DNA from: an uncultured Actinomycetes bacterium
GTDB lineage: Bacteria; Actinomycetota; Thermoleophilia; UBA2241
Direction of reading: 5' to 3'
Assembly: GCA_963767005.1 (NCBI GenBank)
Contig: CAVYCN010000002.1
Span: 14,272 to 78,271 of the forward strand
DNA length: 64,000 nucleotides
Of this stretch, positions 47,303 to 56,560 are shown one piece after another; positions within the stretch are counted from its first letter, which is position 1, and each line of letters starts with the position of its first letter. Under the pieces are notes generated by a model. The model had not been told where the DNA came from. It was given only the letters and a program-made list of their open reading frames with translations, and did not search any database. The position numbers were made by a program, and so were the translations under genes.

Positions 47303-47923
47303 GTGAGCCCCATGACGGCCTCCGGTCCGGCGGGCTGGCTGCGCCGCACGGTCGCCACCCTGCGCCACTACCACCACCTCGCCGAGGTGGGCGAGATCGC
47401 CCGCCGCTACTTCGCCATGAACGCCTTCGACGGCGTGCTCACGACGCTCGGCGTGCTGGTCGGCAGCTCCATCGCCCACGTGCGCTCGGCCCACCAGGTC
47501 ATCGCCGTCGGGCTGGGCGCAGCCGTGGCGATGGGCGTCTCGGGCTTCTACGGCTCGTACCTGATCGAGCGCGCCGAGCGCGACCGCTCGTTGCGCGAGC
47601 TCGAGGACGTCACCCTCTCGAGCCTAGAGGACTCCGATATCGCGGCGGCCTCGACCTATGCCACCATCGTCATCGCTCTGGTCGACGGCGTGTCGCCCTT
47701 CCTCGCCGCGCTGCTCGTGCTGCTGCCGTTCCTCGGCGGCTTCATGGGCATCCACGCCGCCTACGTGACCGGCGTCGCGATCGCCTTCGTCGAGCTCTTC
47801 CTGCTCGGGCTGTTCCTGGGCCGCGTGTCGCGCCAGCGTCTCGTGTGGTCGGGCGTCAAGCTCGCCGTGGCCGGCGTGCTGTGCATCGCCCTGAGCGCCC
47901 TGCTCGACTACGGCCTGCGGTGA
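47303..47923 (+). CDS. VIT1/CCC1 family (putative Fe/Mn) transporter
   Basis: ...MNAFDGVLTTLGVLVGS... and 4-5 TM helices. Confidence 0.7.
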   Translation: MSPMTASGPAGWLRRTVATLRHYHHLAEVGEIARRYFAMNAFDGVLTTLGVLVGSSIAHVRSAHQVIAVGLGAAVAMGVSGFYGSYLIERAERDRSLRELEDVTLSSLEDSDIAAASTYATIVIALVDGVSPFLAALLVLLPFLGGFMGIHAAYVTGVAIAFVELFLLGLFLGRVSRQRLVWSGVKLAVAGVLCIALSALLDYGLR

Positions 47924-47930
47924 GCCGCCG

Positions 47931-50270
47931 ATGAGCGGCACCGATCGCGAGGCGCGCGCGGCGCGCTCGGCCGTGGCCGAGGCGCTCCTGCGTGGCCTGA
48001 ACGAGCCGCAGCGCGAGGCCGTCGAGCATTTCGAGGGGCCGCTCCTCATCCTGGCCGGCGCCGGCTCGGGCAAGACGCGCGTGCTCGCCCACCGTGTCGC
48101 CTACCTCATCAAGGTGCGCCGCGTGCGTCCCGACGAGGTACTCGCCATCACCTTCACGAACAAGGCGGCGGGCGAGATGCGCGAGCGCATCGGCGCCCTG
48201 GTCGGCCCGATGGTGCGCGTCATGTGGGTGTCGACCTTCCACTCCATGTGCGCCCGCATCCTGCGGCGCGAGGCCGAACGGCTCGGCTACCGGCCGGGCT
48301 TTTCGATCTACGACGCGGACGACGCCAAGCGCCTGGTCAAGCGCTGCCTGGCCGAGCTCGACCTCGACGACAAGCGCTTCACGCCCGACGCCGTGGCCCG
48401 GGTCATCTCCGACGCCAAGAACCGCCTGCAGGACCCGGTCGCCTTCCGCGAGCAGCTCGGCCGCGGCCATTTCAACCGCGCGACGGCCGATGTCTACGAG
48501 CTCTACGAGAAGAAGCTCGTGGAGATGAGCGCCATGGACTTCGACGACCTGCTCATGAAGATGGTGAACCTGCTCGAGATCTGTCCCGACCGCCTCGAAC
48601 ACTATCGCCGCACGTTCCGCTTCATCACGGTCGACGAGTATCAGGACACGAACCACGCTCAGTACCGCATCGCCAACCTTCTGGCCGGCGAGCGCGGCAA
48701 CCTGGCGGTCGTCGGCGACGACGACCAGTCGATCTACTCGTGGCGCGGCGCCGACATCCGCAACATCCTCGAGTTCGAGCGCGACCACCCCGACGCCAAG
48801 GTGATCCGCCTCGAGCAGAACTACCGCTCGACGACGAGCATCCTCGACGTGGCCAACGCCGTGGTGTCGAACAACCGCCGGCGCAAGGGCAAGCGGCTGT
48901 GGACCGCGCGCGGCACCGGCCGGCCGGTGCGCGTGGCCGAGGTCGCCGACGAGCACGCCGAGGCGCGTTTCGTGGCAAGCGAGGTGCGCCGCGTGCTCGA
49001 CGAGGGCGTCGGGGGCGAGGGGCAGGGCGACGCCCTGCCCCTCGCCCCGCGCGACATCGCCGTGCTCTACCGCACGAACGCCCAGTCGCGCGTGCTCGAG
49101 GAGGAGTTCGGGCGCTACGCGATCGCCTACCAGGTCATCGGCGGCACCCGCTTCTACGAGCGCGCCGAGGTGAAGGACGCGCTCGCCTACCTCGCCGTGG
49201 TCGCCAACCCGGCCGACGAGCAGCGGTTGCTGCGCATCGTGAACACGCCGCGCCGCGGCCTGGGCCAGACGACGATGGCGCGCCTGCAGAACGAGGCCCT
49301 GACGACGGGAGAGACCCTGTGGAGCGTGATCGAGCGCGCCGACGACGTGCCGGGGCTGACGGCGGCCGCGCAGGTCTCGCTCGCGTCGCTGCGCGCGCTG
49401 ATCGACACCTGGCGCGCGCTCTCGCCGCAGCTCACCTCGGTGGCCGCCTTCGTGCGCCGCGTGCTCGACGAGAGCGGCTACTCGGCCATGCTCGCGGCTC
49501 AGAACACGCTCGAGGCCGAGGGTCGCGTCGAGAACCTCGAGGAGCTCGTCGGCGTGGCGGCCGAATACGACCAGCGCACCGAGGAGCGCACGCTCGACGG
49601 CTTTCTGCAGGAGATCTCGCTGTACTCCGACGTCGACGCCATGGCCGACACCAGCGAGCTCATCACCTTCATGACGCTGCACAACGCCAAGGGCCTCGAG
49701 TTTCCCGTCGTGTTCATCACCGGCATGGAGGAGGGGGTGTTCCCGCACCAGCGTGCGCTCGACGAGCAGAACCTCGAGGAGGAGCGCCGCCTGGCGTACG
49801 TCGGCATCACCCGCGCCATGGACCGGCTCTACCTGCTCCACGCGCGCGCCCGCACCCTGTGGGGCGGCAGCATGTACGGCCTGCCCTCGCGCTTTCTGAC
49901 CGAGATCCCTGCCGACCTCGTCGAGGTCACTCGCGAGGCCGGGCCCGCCTACGGTGGCGGCTGGTCGGGCGGCGGCGCACGTCGCGGCCGGGAGCGGGGC
50001 GGCTGGAGCGACCGCGACGAGTGGCGTGAGCGCGACGACGAGGGCATCGCCGGTTCGGGACGGCGCATCACGGGCCTGGAGGACAGGTCGGCGGGCGCCG
50101 TGGTCGAGCAGTTCTTCGCGCCCGGCGACCGGGTGCTGCACGCCACGCTCGGCGAGGGCACCGTGACGGCCGCCGAGGAGAGCGGCATCATCGTGGTGCG
50201 CTTCGAGAACGACGGCTCGGAGCGTCGGCTGATGGCGACCATCGCGCCGCTGCGCAAGCTGCGCGCCTGA
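47931..50270 (+). CDS. pcrA: ATP-dependent DNA helicase PcrA/UvrD
   Basis: Walker A AGAGSGKTRVL, helicase motifs II-VI, about 100-aa C-terminal extension. Confidence 0.85.
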   Translation: MSGTDREARAARSAVAEALLRGLNEPQREAVEHFEGPLLILAGAGSGKTRVLAHRVAYLIKVRRVRPDEVLAITFTNKAAGEMRERIGALVGPMVRVMWVSTFHSMCARILRREAERLGYRPGFSIYDADDAKRLVKRCLAELDLDDKRFTPDAVARVISDAKNRLQDPVAFREQLGRGHFNRATADVYELYEKKLVEMSAMDFDDLLMKMVNLLEICPDRLEHYRRTFRFITVDEYQDTNHAQYRIANLLAGERGNLAVVGDDDQSIYSWRGADIRNILEFERDHPDAKVIRLEQNYRSTTSILDVANAVVSNNRRRKGKRLWTARGTGRPVRVAEVADEHAEARFVASEVRRVLDEGVGGEGQGDALPLAPRDIAVLYRTNAQSRVLEEEFGRYAIAYQVIGGTRFYERAEVKDALAYLAVVANPADEQRLLRIVNTPRRGLGQTTMARLQNEALTTGETLWSVIERADDVPGLTAAAQVSLASLRALIDTWRALSPQLTSVAAFVRRVLDESGYSAMLAAQNTLEAEGRVENLEELVGVAAEYDQRTEERTLDGFLQEISLYSDVDAMADTSELITFMTLHNAKGLEFPVVFITGMEEGVFPHQRALDEQNLEEERRLAYVGITRAMDRLYLLHARARTLWGGSMYGLPSRFLTEIPADLVEVTREAGPAYGGGWSGGGARRGRERGGWSDRDEWRERDDEGIAGSGRRITGLEDRSAGAVVEQFFAPGDRVLHATLGEGTVTAAEESGIIVVRFENDGSERRLMATIAPLRKLRA

Positions 50271-50305
50271 CCGAGAGCCGCAGCCGCGCGGCGTTTCGGC
50301 GCGCG

Positions 50306-50932
50306 TCAGGGGCCGCTGCCGGCGTCGTAGACCAGCCAGCGTCCGCCGGCGTGCCGCAGGCACATGAAGACCAGGGTCTCGCCGTCGTTCCAAGCCGACA
50401 CTGAGCTCGGCCGGATGTCGATCGTCATGGTGAACTCGAGCGTGGTGAGCGCCGGCGGCGCGGGGTCGACCTGACGCACGTACGACACGACGCGCGCGCG
50501 CTCGATGCCGAAATAGGCGGCGGCGCGGCCGCCGCGGACGGCGGCGGCGCAGGTGGAGTCGGACGTGACCACCGCGAGCAGCCCGGCGTAGCGGTGCTCG
50601 TCGATCAGCCGCCAGTAGCGCGTCGCCGCGCGCAGCGCACCGGCGGGGACGGGGCCCGACGTGACGACGGCGCCGGGCGCGGGCGCGGTGGCGCCGGCGC
50701 CGGGCGCGCCGGGCGACGTGACGCCCGGCGTGGGGGAGGCGACCACGAGGTTCGCCGGCGAGCCGCAGGCGGCGAGCCACGTGGCGGGGGCGCAGGCTGC
50801 GAGGGCGGCCGCCGCAACGACGGCCGCCGCGAGCGCGACGCTGGCGACGCCGGCGCCGCGTGCGCGGCGCCGGCGCGTAAGCACGGCGCCGCGGCCGCGG
50901 TACGGCGCCGGTGCTGGAGATGCCTTGCTCAT
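50306..50932 (-). CDS. hypothetical lipoprotein
   Basis: GGAGGA RBS plus ATG; signal peptide with LAAC lipobox. Confidence 0.45.
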   Translation of the reverse strand: MSKASPAPAPYRGRGAVLTRRRRARGAGVASVALAAAVVAAAALAACAPATWLAACGSPANLVVASPTPGVTSPGAPGAGATAPAPGAVVTSGPVPAGALRAATRYWRLIDEHRYAGLLAVVTSDSTCAAAVRGGRAAAYFGIERARVVSYVRQVDPAPPALTTLEFTMTIDIRPSSVSAWNDGETLVFMCLRHAGGRWLVYDAGSGP

Positions 50933-51130
50933 GCGGTCCTCCCGGGGACGGTCGGGCGATGCGCCAAACCCCACCACAGCGGCCCCGCGCTGTACAGGAT
51001 GACAATGTCCGGCCCGCGCGCTTGCTGCGCGTCCTGCGCCGCAGAATGTTCGATTGTGTTGGCCGCTGTGAGCGGAAAGCGTGCGGCGCTCGTCGTCGAG
51101 CTGGGAGACAAACGAAAATAAATGCACGAT

Positions 51131-51160
51131 TGACCACACATTCGCGCAGGGCTACAATGT
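51131..51160 (+). promoter_or_regulatory. sigma70-like promoter TTGACC-N17-TACAAT
   Basis: AT-rich block AAACGAAAATAAATG immediately upstream; about 430 nt before the next CDS. Confidence 0.4.
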
Positions 51161-51324
51161 GGGTCGTCGAGCACGCTTGGCTGTCGGCCCCGTCGCGGTG
51201 AGCGCGGGACGATCGAAGCGCGCGAGCGGCGGACGCGAGTGGGATGTACTCGTACGACGCGGTTGCTTGCAGGATCTGTGCGAGCAGGATGTTCACGCGT
51301 CCGCCGAGCGCGATCGTCGCCCGG

Positions 51325-51480
51325 GACCACCCGGGACTGCGGCGCGCCGACGCGAAAGAGTCCGCGGCAAGACTCGTTCTCCCCCCGAACGAGCCGAGCC
51401 CCCCTCGGGCCGCGGATGTCACGAGGGCCGGGGCCGGAGGCGCACCAGCGCCGACCCCCCGGCCCTCGTCTTGTTCCACG
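51325..51480 (+). ncRNA. candidate structured sRNA/leader with two C-rich hairpin loops (6C-RNA-like) ending in a 13-bp terminator-like stem
   Basis: CCCGGG-acca-CCCGGG hairpin; CCGCGG...CCGCGG outer stem enclosing CGTTC-uCCCCCC-GAACG and CCGAG-CCCCC-CTCGG; then ACGAGGGCCGGGG-N22-CCCCGGCCCTCGT plus CUUGUU. Confidence 0.3.
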
Positions 51481-51596
51481 ATCCCAGCGCCGGCGCCCGG
51501 CCCGCGGCGTAGTAGAGTTGCGCTGCGCCCACCCCGGGCCACGCGCGTGGGCCACTCCGTCGCCCGCACGCCGCAAACGACCAGGAGGGTCCGTTC

Positions 51597-52373
51597 ATGG
51601 CAGTCGAGGTCAGTCGCGACGGCGCCGTCGCCGTCGTCACGGTCGCTCGTCCCGAGGTGCTGAACGCGCTGAACTCGGCGACCAACGAGGAGCTGCTGCG
51701 CGTCGCCGGCGACCTCGGCCGCGACCACGAGGTCCGCGCCGTCGTTCTGACCGGCGCCGGCGACAAGGCCTTCGTGGCCGGCGCCGACATCAAGGAGTTC
51801 CGCGGCATGAGCCCCGAGGAGGCGCGCCAGTCGTCGTGGCTCGGGCGCCAGGCGATGGCCGCGATCGGGGCCGCCCCGCAGCCCTGGATCGCCGCCGTCA
51901 ACGGCTTCGCCCTGGGCGGCGGCTGCGAGCTCGCCCTCGCCTGCGACATCCGCTTCGCCGCCGAGAACGCCCGCTTCGGGCAGCCCGAGGTCACCCTCGG
52001 CATCACGCCGGGCTGGGGCGGCACCCAGCGTCTGCCGCGCGAGGTCGGCAACGGCTGGGCCTCGTACCTGTGCCTGAGCGGCCGCCTGATCGACGCGGCT
52101 GAGGCGCTGCGCATCGGCCTCGTGCAGCGCGTGGTCGCGCGCGACGAGCTCATGCCGGCGGCGCTCGAGCTGGCCGCCGAGATCGCCGCGCGGCCGCCGC
52201 TCGCCGTGCGCTACATCAAGTCGCAGATCCACTACGCCCTGAGCGTCGACATCGAGGCCGGTCACGAGATCGAGCGCGACCTCTTCGCCCTGACGTTCGC
52301 CAGCGAGGATCGCGCCGAGGGCATGGACGCCTTCCTCGAGAAGCGCGCGCCGCGCGGGTTCGAAGGCCGTTAG
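51597..52373 (+). CDS. enoyl-CoA hydratase/isomerase (crotonase family)
   Basis: ALNSAT...AVNGFALGGGCELALACDIRFAAENARFGQPEVTLGI. Confidence 0.85.
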   Translation: MAVEVSRDGAVAVVTVARPEVLNALNSATNEELLRVAGDLGRDHEVRAVVLTGAGDKAFVAGADIKEFRGMSPEEARQSSWLGRQAMAAIGAAPQPWIAAVNGFALGGGCELALACDIRFAAENARFGQPEVTLGITPGWGGTQRLPREVGNGWASYLCLSGRLIDAAEALRIGLVQRVVARDELMPAALELAAEIAARPPLAVRYIKSQIHYALSVDIEAGHEIERDLFALTFASEDRAEGMDAFLEKRAPRGFEGR

Positions 52374-52452
52374 GCCGTCGAGCGACTGCGTCGTCGCCGC
52401 TCGGTCAGGCGTCAGGTCGTCGTCGCTCAGTCAAACGTGACGGTGTCGCCGC

Positions 52453-53367
52453 TCAGGCGCCCGTCGCCCGCCGCAGGCGGCGCAGGACCTCGGCGATGCC
52501 GGGCGTCGCGGCGACCCAGACGTCGGCCTCGTCTCTCACCTGGGGCGGCGTCTCGTCGGTGAGGGCGGCGACGGCCAGGCCGCGGCGTCCCTCGCGCGCG
52601 CGCGCCCAGTCGTGCACGGCGCCGAAGCCGTGGCAGTCGGTCAGGTCGTCGCCGAGGAACAGCGCCACGCCGACCGGGCGGCCCGAGCTTTCGGTGCCCG
52701 CCAGGAGCGACAGCACGGCGGTGCCCTTGTCGACGGGCTCGGGCGGGCGCAGCTCCACGAGGCGGTGGCCGGTCGTTACCGCGAGACCGAGCTCGCGCGC
52801 CGGCGCGAGGATCCGCTCCTCGAGGACGGCGAGCGTGGCCGCGGGATCGGACGCGCGGCGATAGTGGAGGTCGAGCACCGGCCCCTTGTTCTCGACGACG
52901 AGGCCGAGGCGCGCGGCGTCGAGCTCGCCCAGGCGGCCGGCCATGAGCTGCACCGCGTCGACGTAGGGCTCGGCCGACGGGTCGCGCGCGATGGTGCCGT
53001 CGGCGGAGAGGACGTCGAAGCCGTGCAGGCCCACGTAGGCGGCCCCGTCGACGTCGACCATGGCGCGCGCCTGGCGTACGTCGCGCCCGGTGACGAAGGC
53101 GAGCAGCGCCAGTCGTGGCACGAGCGCGGCCAGCGTCGCGCGGAACGCCGCCGGCACCACGGCCGCGTAGGGATCGGCGACGATGGGGGAGACGGTGCCG
53201 TCGACGTCGCAGAAGAGGGCCGTCGCGCGTGGCGTGAGGGCGACGGCGTCGAGCGCGGCGGCGAGTGCCTCGCCGCCGCACAGGATCGCGCCGTCGCCCC
53301 CGCGCCGCGCGTCTCGGCCGCGGCGCGGGCCGTCGGCCTGCTGCGCGTCGCCGCCCCGCCCGTCCAT
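52453..53367 (-). CDS. otsB: trehalose-6-phosphate phosphatase-like HAD hydrolase
   Basis: HAD motifs I (FCDVDGTV), III (K), IV (GDDLTD); N-terminal start uncertain. Confidence 0.6.
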   Translation of the reverse strand: MDGRGGDAQQADGPRRGRDARRGGDGAILCGGEALAAALDAVALTPRATALFCDVDGTVSPIVADPYAAVVPAAFRATLAALVPRLALLAFVTGRDVRQARAMVDVDGAAYVGLHGFDVLSADGTIARDPSAEPYVDAVQLMAGRLGELDAARLGLVVENKGPVLDLHYRRASDPAATLAVLEERILAPARELGLAVTTGHRLVELRPPEPVDKGTAVLSLLAGTESSGRPVGVALFLGDDLTDCHGFGAVHDWARAREGRRGLAVAALTDETPPQVRDEADVWVAATPGIAEVLRRLRRATGA

Positions 53368-53485
53368 GCATCCAGCCTACCCGAACCGGCGGCGCTCGTC
53401 GCGGGCGCCGCCCGTCACCGGGGTTTGTCTTGCCTTTCGGGCATGGAGTAAGGTTCTCGCGTTGGCGGCGATAGCCGGGGGAGGC

Positions 53486-54208
53486 ATGGCGGACACGACA
53501 GGTTCGGACGCAAGCGGGTCGACGGCGCCGCGTGGCGCCGGGTCGGCCGACAACCTGCGGCAGGGCCAGGGGGCCGACCCCTATCTCAAGTCCATGCTCC
53601 TCGGCCTGATCGAGGACAGCTACCTGCACACCGGCAGCTTCACGCAGTTCGCCGCCGAGATCCTCCAGGTGATCGCCTACGCGGCGACCGTGCCGGTGGC
53701 CTTCACCGAGGGCTTCCTGCGGGCCTACCTGTCGATCGACCGCATCGAGGAGACCTCCGAGGGCCGCATCAAGATCGTCCCCAAGGCGGGCGCGAGCGAA
53801 GAGGACTGGATCAGGGACGTCGACGAGATCACCGCCCAGGTCGATCCGAGCGCCGTGTTCAACCCGGTCGTGCGGTCCAAGCTGACCGCGGTGCACGAGG
53901 CCTCGAGCAAGGTCATGAAGTACGACCTGAACACGCTGACGAGCATGGACGACGACCAGCTCATGGACGTGCTGCGCCAGATGCAGCACGAATCCGAGGA
54001 GCTCGAAAAGCAGGAGCCCGAGGCGGCCACGACCGACTCGTCGCGCGACTACATCAGGGCGCGGCTCGACACCATCCGTAGGAACGTCCGCGCCTTCCAG
54101 GCGCAGCAGCGCGCCAAGTCGGGCGCGGGCGACGGGCCCGGCGAGCCCGGCCCGGCGGACGCAGGCAAGGTCGGCGACGGGCCGGGCGCCGACGGCACAC
54201 CCTCGTAG
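53486..54208 (+). CDS. hypothetical acidic protein (240 aa), locally lower GC
   Basis: GGGGGAGG RBS plus ATG; no family recognised; Gly/Pro/Asp-rich termini. Confidence 0.45.
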   Translation: MADTTGSDASGSTAPRGAGSADNLRQGQGADPYLKSMLLGLIEDSYLHTGSFTQFAAEILQVIAYAATVPVAFTEGFLRAYLSIDRIEETSEGRIKIVPKAGASEEDWIRDVDEITAQVDPSAVFNPVVRSKLTAVHEASSKVMKYDLNTLTSMDDDQLMDVLRQMQHESEELEKQEPEAATTDSSRDYIRARLDTIRRNVRAFQAQQRAKSGAGDGPGEPGPADAGKVGDGPGADGTPS

Positions 54209-54267
54209 CGGTCGGGGCCGACGGGAGGGCACGCGCGCCCTCCGCCGCGGCCGACCGGGACAGGCGG

Positions 54268-55188
54268 GTGAGAGTGGAGAGGTTCTCCGACAGGCTGGCC
54301 GCGAGCATCCTGCGCCGGCGTAGCGTGGTCTGCGTCGGCATCGACCCCGACCTCGCGCGGCTGCCCGACGACCTGCGTGCCGCCTGGGCGGCCCGCGTCG
54401 GCGAGCTCGGCGAGGCGGGCGCGGCGGCGGCCTGCTGCGCCGACTTCGCGACCGGCCTGATCGACGCGGTCGCCGAGCTGGCCGCCTGCGTCAAGCCGCA
54501 GGCCGCTTTCTTCGAACAGTACGGGGCGCCCGGCTGGGAGGCCCTGCGCCGCGTCGTGGCCTGCGCCCACGAGCACGACCTGCCGGTCATCCTGGACGTG
54601 AAGCGCGCCGACATCGGCTCGACCTCGACCGCCTACGCGGCCGCCTGCTTCGGCGGGGCGCCGTCGCTGGCCGGCGCGCCGCTGCCCGGCCTCGACGCCG
54701 ACGCCGTAACCGTCAATCCGTACCTCGGGGCCGACGGCCTCACGCCGTTCGTCGAGCGCTGTGACGAGGGTCGCGGAGTGTTCGTGCTGACGCGCACGAG
54801 CAACCCCGGCGGCGTCGAGCTGCAGGAGCGCGACTGCGAGGGGCGGCCGCTCTACCTGCGGGTGGCCGACATGATCGCCCGTCTCGGCGCCGCGCGGCTC
54901 GGCGCGCACGGGTACAGCGACGTCGGCGCGGTGGCCGGCGCCACCGCGCCGGAGCCGCTTGCCGCCGTGCGCGCGGCTTTGCCGCACGCCTTTCTGCTCG
55001 TCCCCGGGTTCGGGGCACAGGGCGCCGGGCCCGAAGCGCTGGCCGGCCTCGCGTCGGGCGAGGCGGCCGGTTTCGTGGTGAATGCGTCACGGTCGATCAT
55101 CTACGCGTGGCGGGAGCGCGGCGGCGACTATCGCAGCGCCGCCGCCGCGGCGGCGGCCGAGATGCGTGACGCGATCGGGGGGCTCTGA
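54268..55188 (+). CDS. pyrF: orotidine-5'-phosphate decarboxylase (type 2, long form)
   Basis: ILDVKRADIGST motif; about 300 aa form typical of actinobacteria. Confidence 0.8.
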   Translation: MRVERFSDRLAASILRRRSVVCVGIDPDLARLPDDLRAAWAARVGELGEAGAAAACCADFATGLIDAVAELAACVKPQAAFFEQYGAPGWEALRRVVACAHEHDLPVILDVKRADIGSTSTAYAAACFGGAPSLAGAPLPGLDADAVTVNPYLGADGLTPFVERCDEGRGVFVLTRTSNPGGVELQERDCEGRPLYLRVADMIARLGAARLGAHGYSDVGAVAGATAPEPLAAVRAALPHAFLLVPGFGAQGAGPEALAGLASGEAAGFVVNASRSIIYAWRERGGDYRSAAAAAAAEMRDAIGGL

Positions 55189-55829
55189 TGAACGACGAGA
55201 CGAACGGACGGGACCGGCACGACCCCGAGGCGACGGGCCCGCTCTGGCCGCTGCCCGACGATCCCGCGGCCGACGACGACCGCACACGGCGGGCGCGCGG
55301 CGTTCCGTCCGCGGAGGAACTCACGGCGGTCGGCGCCGCTCGCGGTCGGGCGCCCGACGGCGCCGAGACGGTCGTGCTGTCGCAGCAATCGACTCGCCGC
55401 GCGACCGCCGAGCCCACGCGCGTGGCCGCCGACGGCGCTCGCGACTGGCTCGACGAGACTCGGATCGATGCGCCGCCGCCGGTGGCGCCCAGGCGGCGCG
55501 CCGGGCGCCCGCGGGCGCCGCGCCGCGGTCCGGCCTGGCCGCGCATCCTGGCGCCGGTCGTGCTCCTGGTCGCCGTGCTCGCCGTCGTCACGATCGGCGT
55601 GCACACCGGCATGCTCGGTCACAAGCCGGCGAGCAGCCCTTCGCCGACCACCGTCGCCACCCACAAGGCCGCGTCGAAGTACGTCTACTACCACGTGCGC
55701 AAGGGCGACACGGTCTCGACGATCGCCGCCAAGTACGGCATCTCCGTCGAGCGGCTCATGACCCTCAATCCCAAGGCCTCGACCACGATCGTCGTGGGCC
55801 AACGGCTGAAGGTGCCCAGGCTGCAGTGA
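55188..55829 (+). CDS. LysM domain membrane protein
   Basis: single TM (ILAPVVLLVAVLAVVTI) and C-terminal LysM (YVYYHVRKGDTVSTIAAKYGISVERLMTLNP). Confidence 0.7.
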   Translation: MNDETNGRDRHDPEATGPLWPLPDDPAADDDRTRRARGVPSAEELTAVGAARGRAPDGAETVVLSQQSTRRATAEPTRVAADGARDWLDETRIDAPPPVAPRRRAGRPRAPRRGPAWPRILAPVVLLVAVLAVVTIGVHTGMLGHKPASSPSPTTVATHKAASKYVYYHVRKGDTVSTIAAKYGISVERLMTLNPKASTTIVVGQRLKVPRLQ

Positions 55830-56059
55830 CCGGCTGACGGCGCGCCTCGCGCCGCGGTCTCACCCGTTTGAGCGGCCGCGCGCCCGCGGCCTTCACCCGC
55901 CCGAGCACGGCACGCACGGCCGGCACTGGCCGCGCGTCACGCCGTCACGCGACGCCTGCTCATCGGCGTCCCCGACGACCTCGTTTCCATCCGTTGCCGA
56001 CCCGCCGCTGCGCGTGCATCGCGGCGGATCGACGTCGCGGTGGGGCTGGGGGCTCAAGA

Positions 56060-56115
56060 GTGGGGAGTAATGGCCGATAAGTATTGCAAAGTGGGGAATG
56101 GTGGGTTAGAGTGGC
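56060..56115 (+). promoter_or_regulatory. Pmra promoter TTGCAA-N17-TAGAGT embedded in GTGGG direct repeats (MraZ-box-like)
   Basis: GTGGG at 56060, 56091, 56101 (10-bp phasing for the last two), GTGGC at 56111; -35 at 56084-56089, -10 at 56107-56112. Confidence 0.4.
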
Positions 56116-56119
56116 GGCC

Positions 56120-56560
56120 ATGCAGCGCTCGGTGCTTCTGGGGGAGTTCGATTTCACGCTCGACGCGAAGAACCGCGTCGCCATCCCCGCACGCCTGCGG
56201 CCCGTCTTTGCCGAGGGCGTCTTTCTCACCCGTGGCTTCGATCGCTGTCTCGCCGCCTTTCCGCCCGAGGAGTGGGACCGTTTCGTCGCCGATCAGACAG
56301 GGGACCTGCCGGCGATGAGCGAGAAGGGCAGAGAGGTCCGGCGCTTCCTCTTCGCCGCCGCCACCTTCGACGAGCTCGACCGTCAGGGGCGCATCACCGT
56401 GCCGGGGAACCTGCTGGGGTTCGCCGGGATCTCGAAGGACGTGACGATCATCGGCATGCACGACCACCTTGAGATCTGGGAGCGCGGGGCGTGGGCGAAG
56501 TACCGCAAGCAGATGGAGGAGGGGGCCGATGCTGCCGCAGACCAACTTGCACGTCAGTGA
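56120..56560 (+). CDS. mraZ: transcriptional regulator MraZ
   Basis: duplicated DxxxR/MraZ fold motifs (LDAKNRVAIP, LDRQGRITVP). Confidence 0.85.
   Translation: MQRSVLLGEFDFTLDAKNRVAIPARLRPVFAEGVFLTRGFDRCLAAFPPEEWDRFVADQTGDLPAMSEKGREVRRFLFAAATFDELDRQGRITVPGNLLGFAGISKDVTIIGMHDHLEIWERGAWAKYRKQMEEGADAAADQLARQ

Noticed and set aside
51244-51663. 139-aa ORF in the leader between promoter and enoyl-CoA hydratase
   Set aside because: Pro/Arg/Ser-rich, no RBS, overlaps the structured RNA region and the start of the crotonase gene; interpreted as non-coding.
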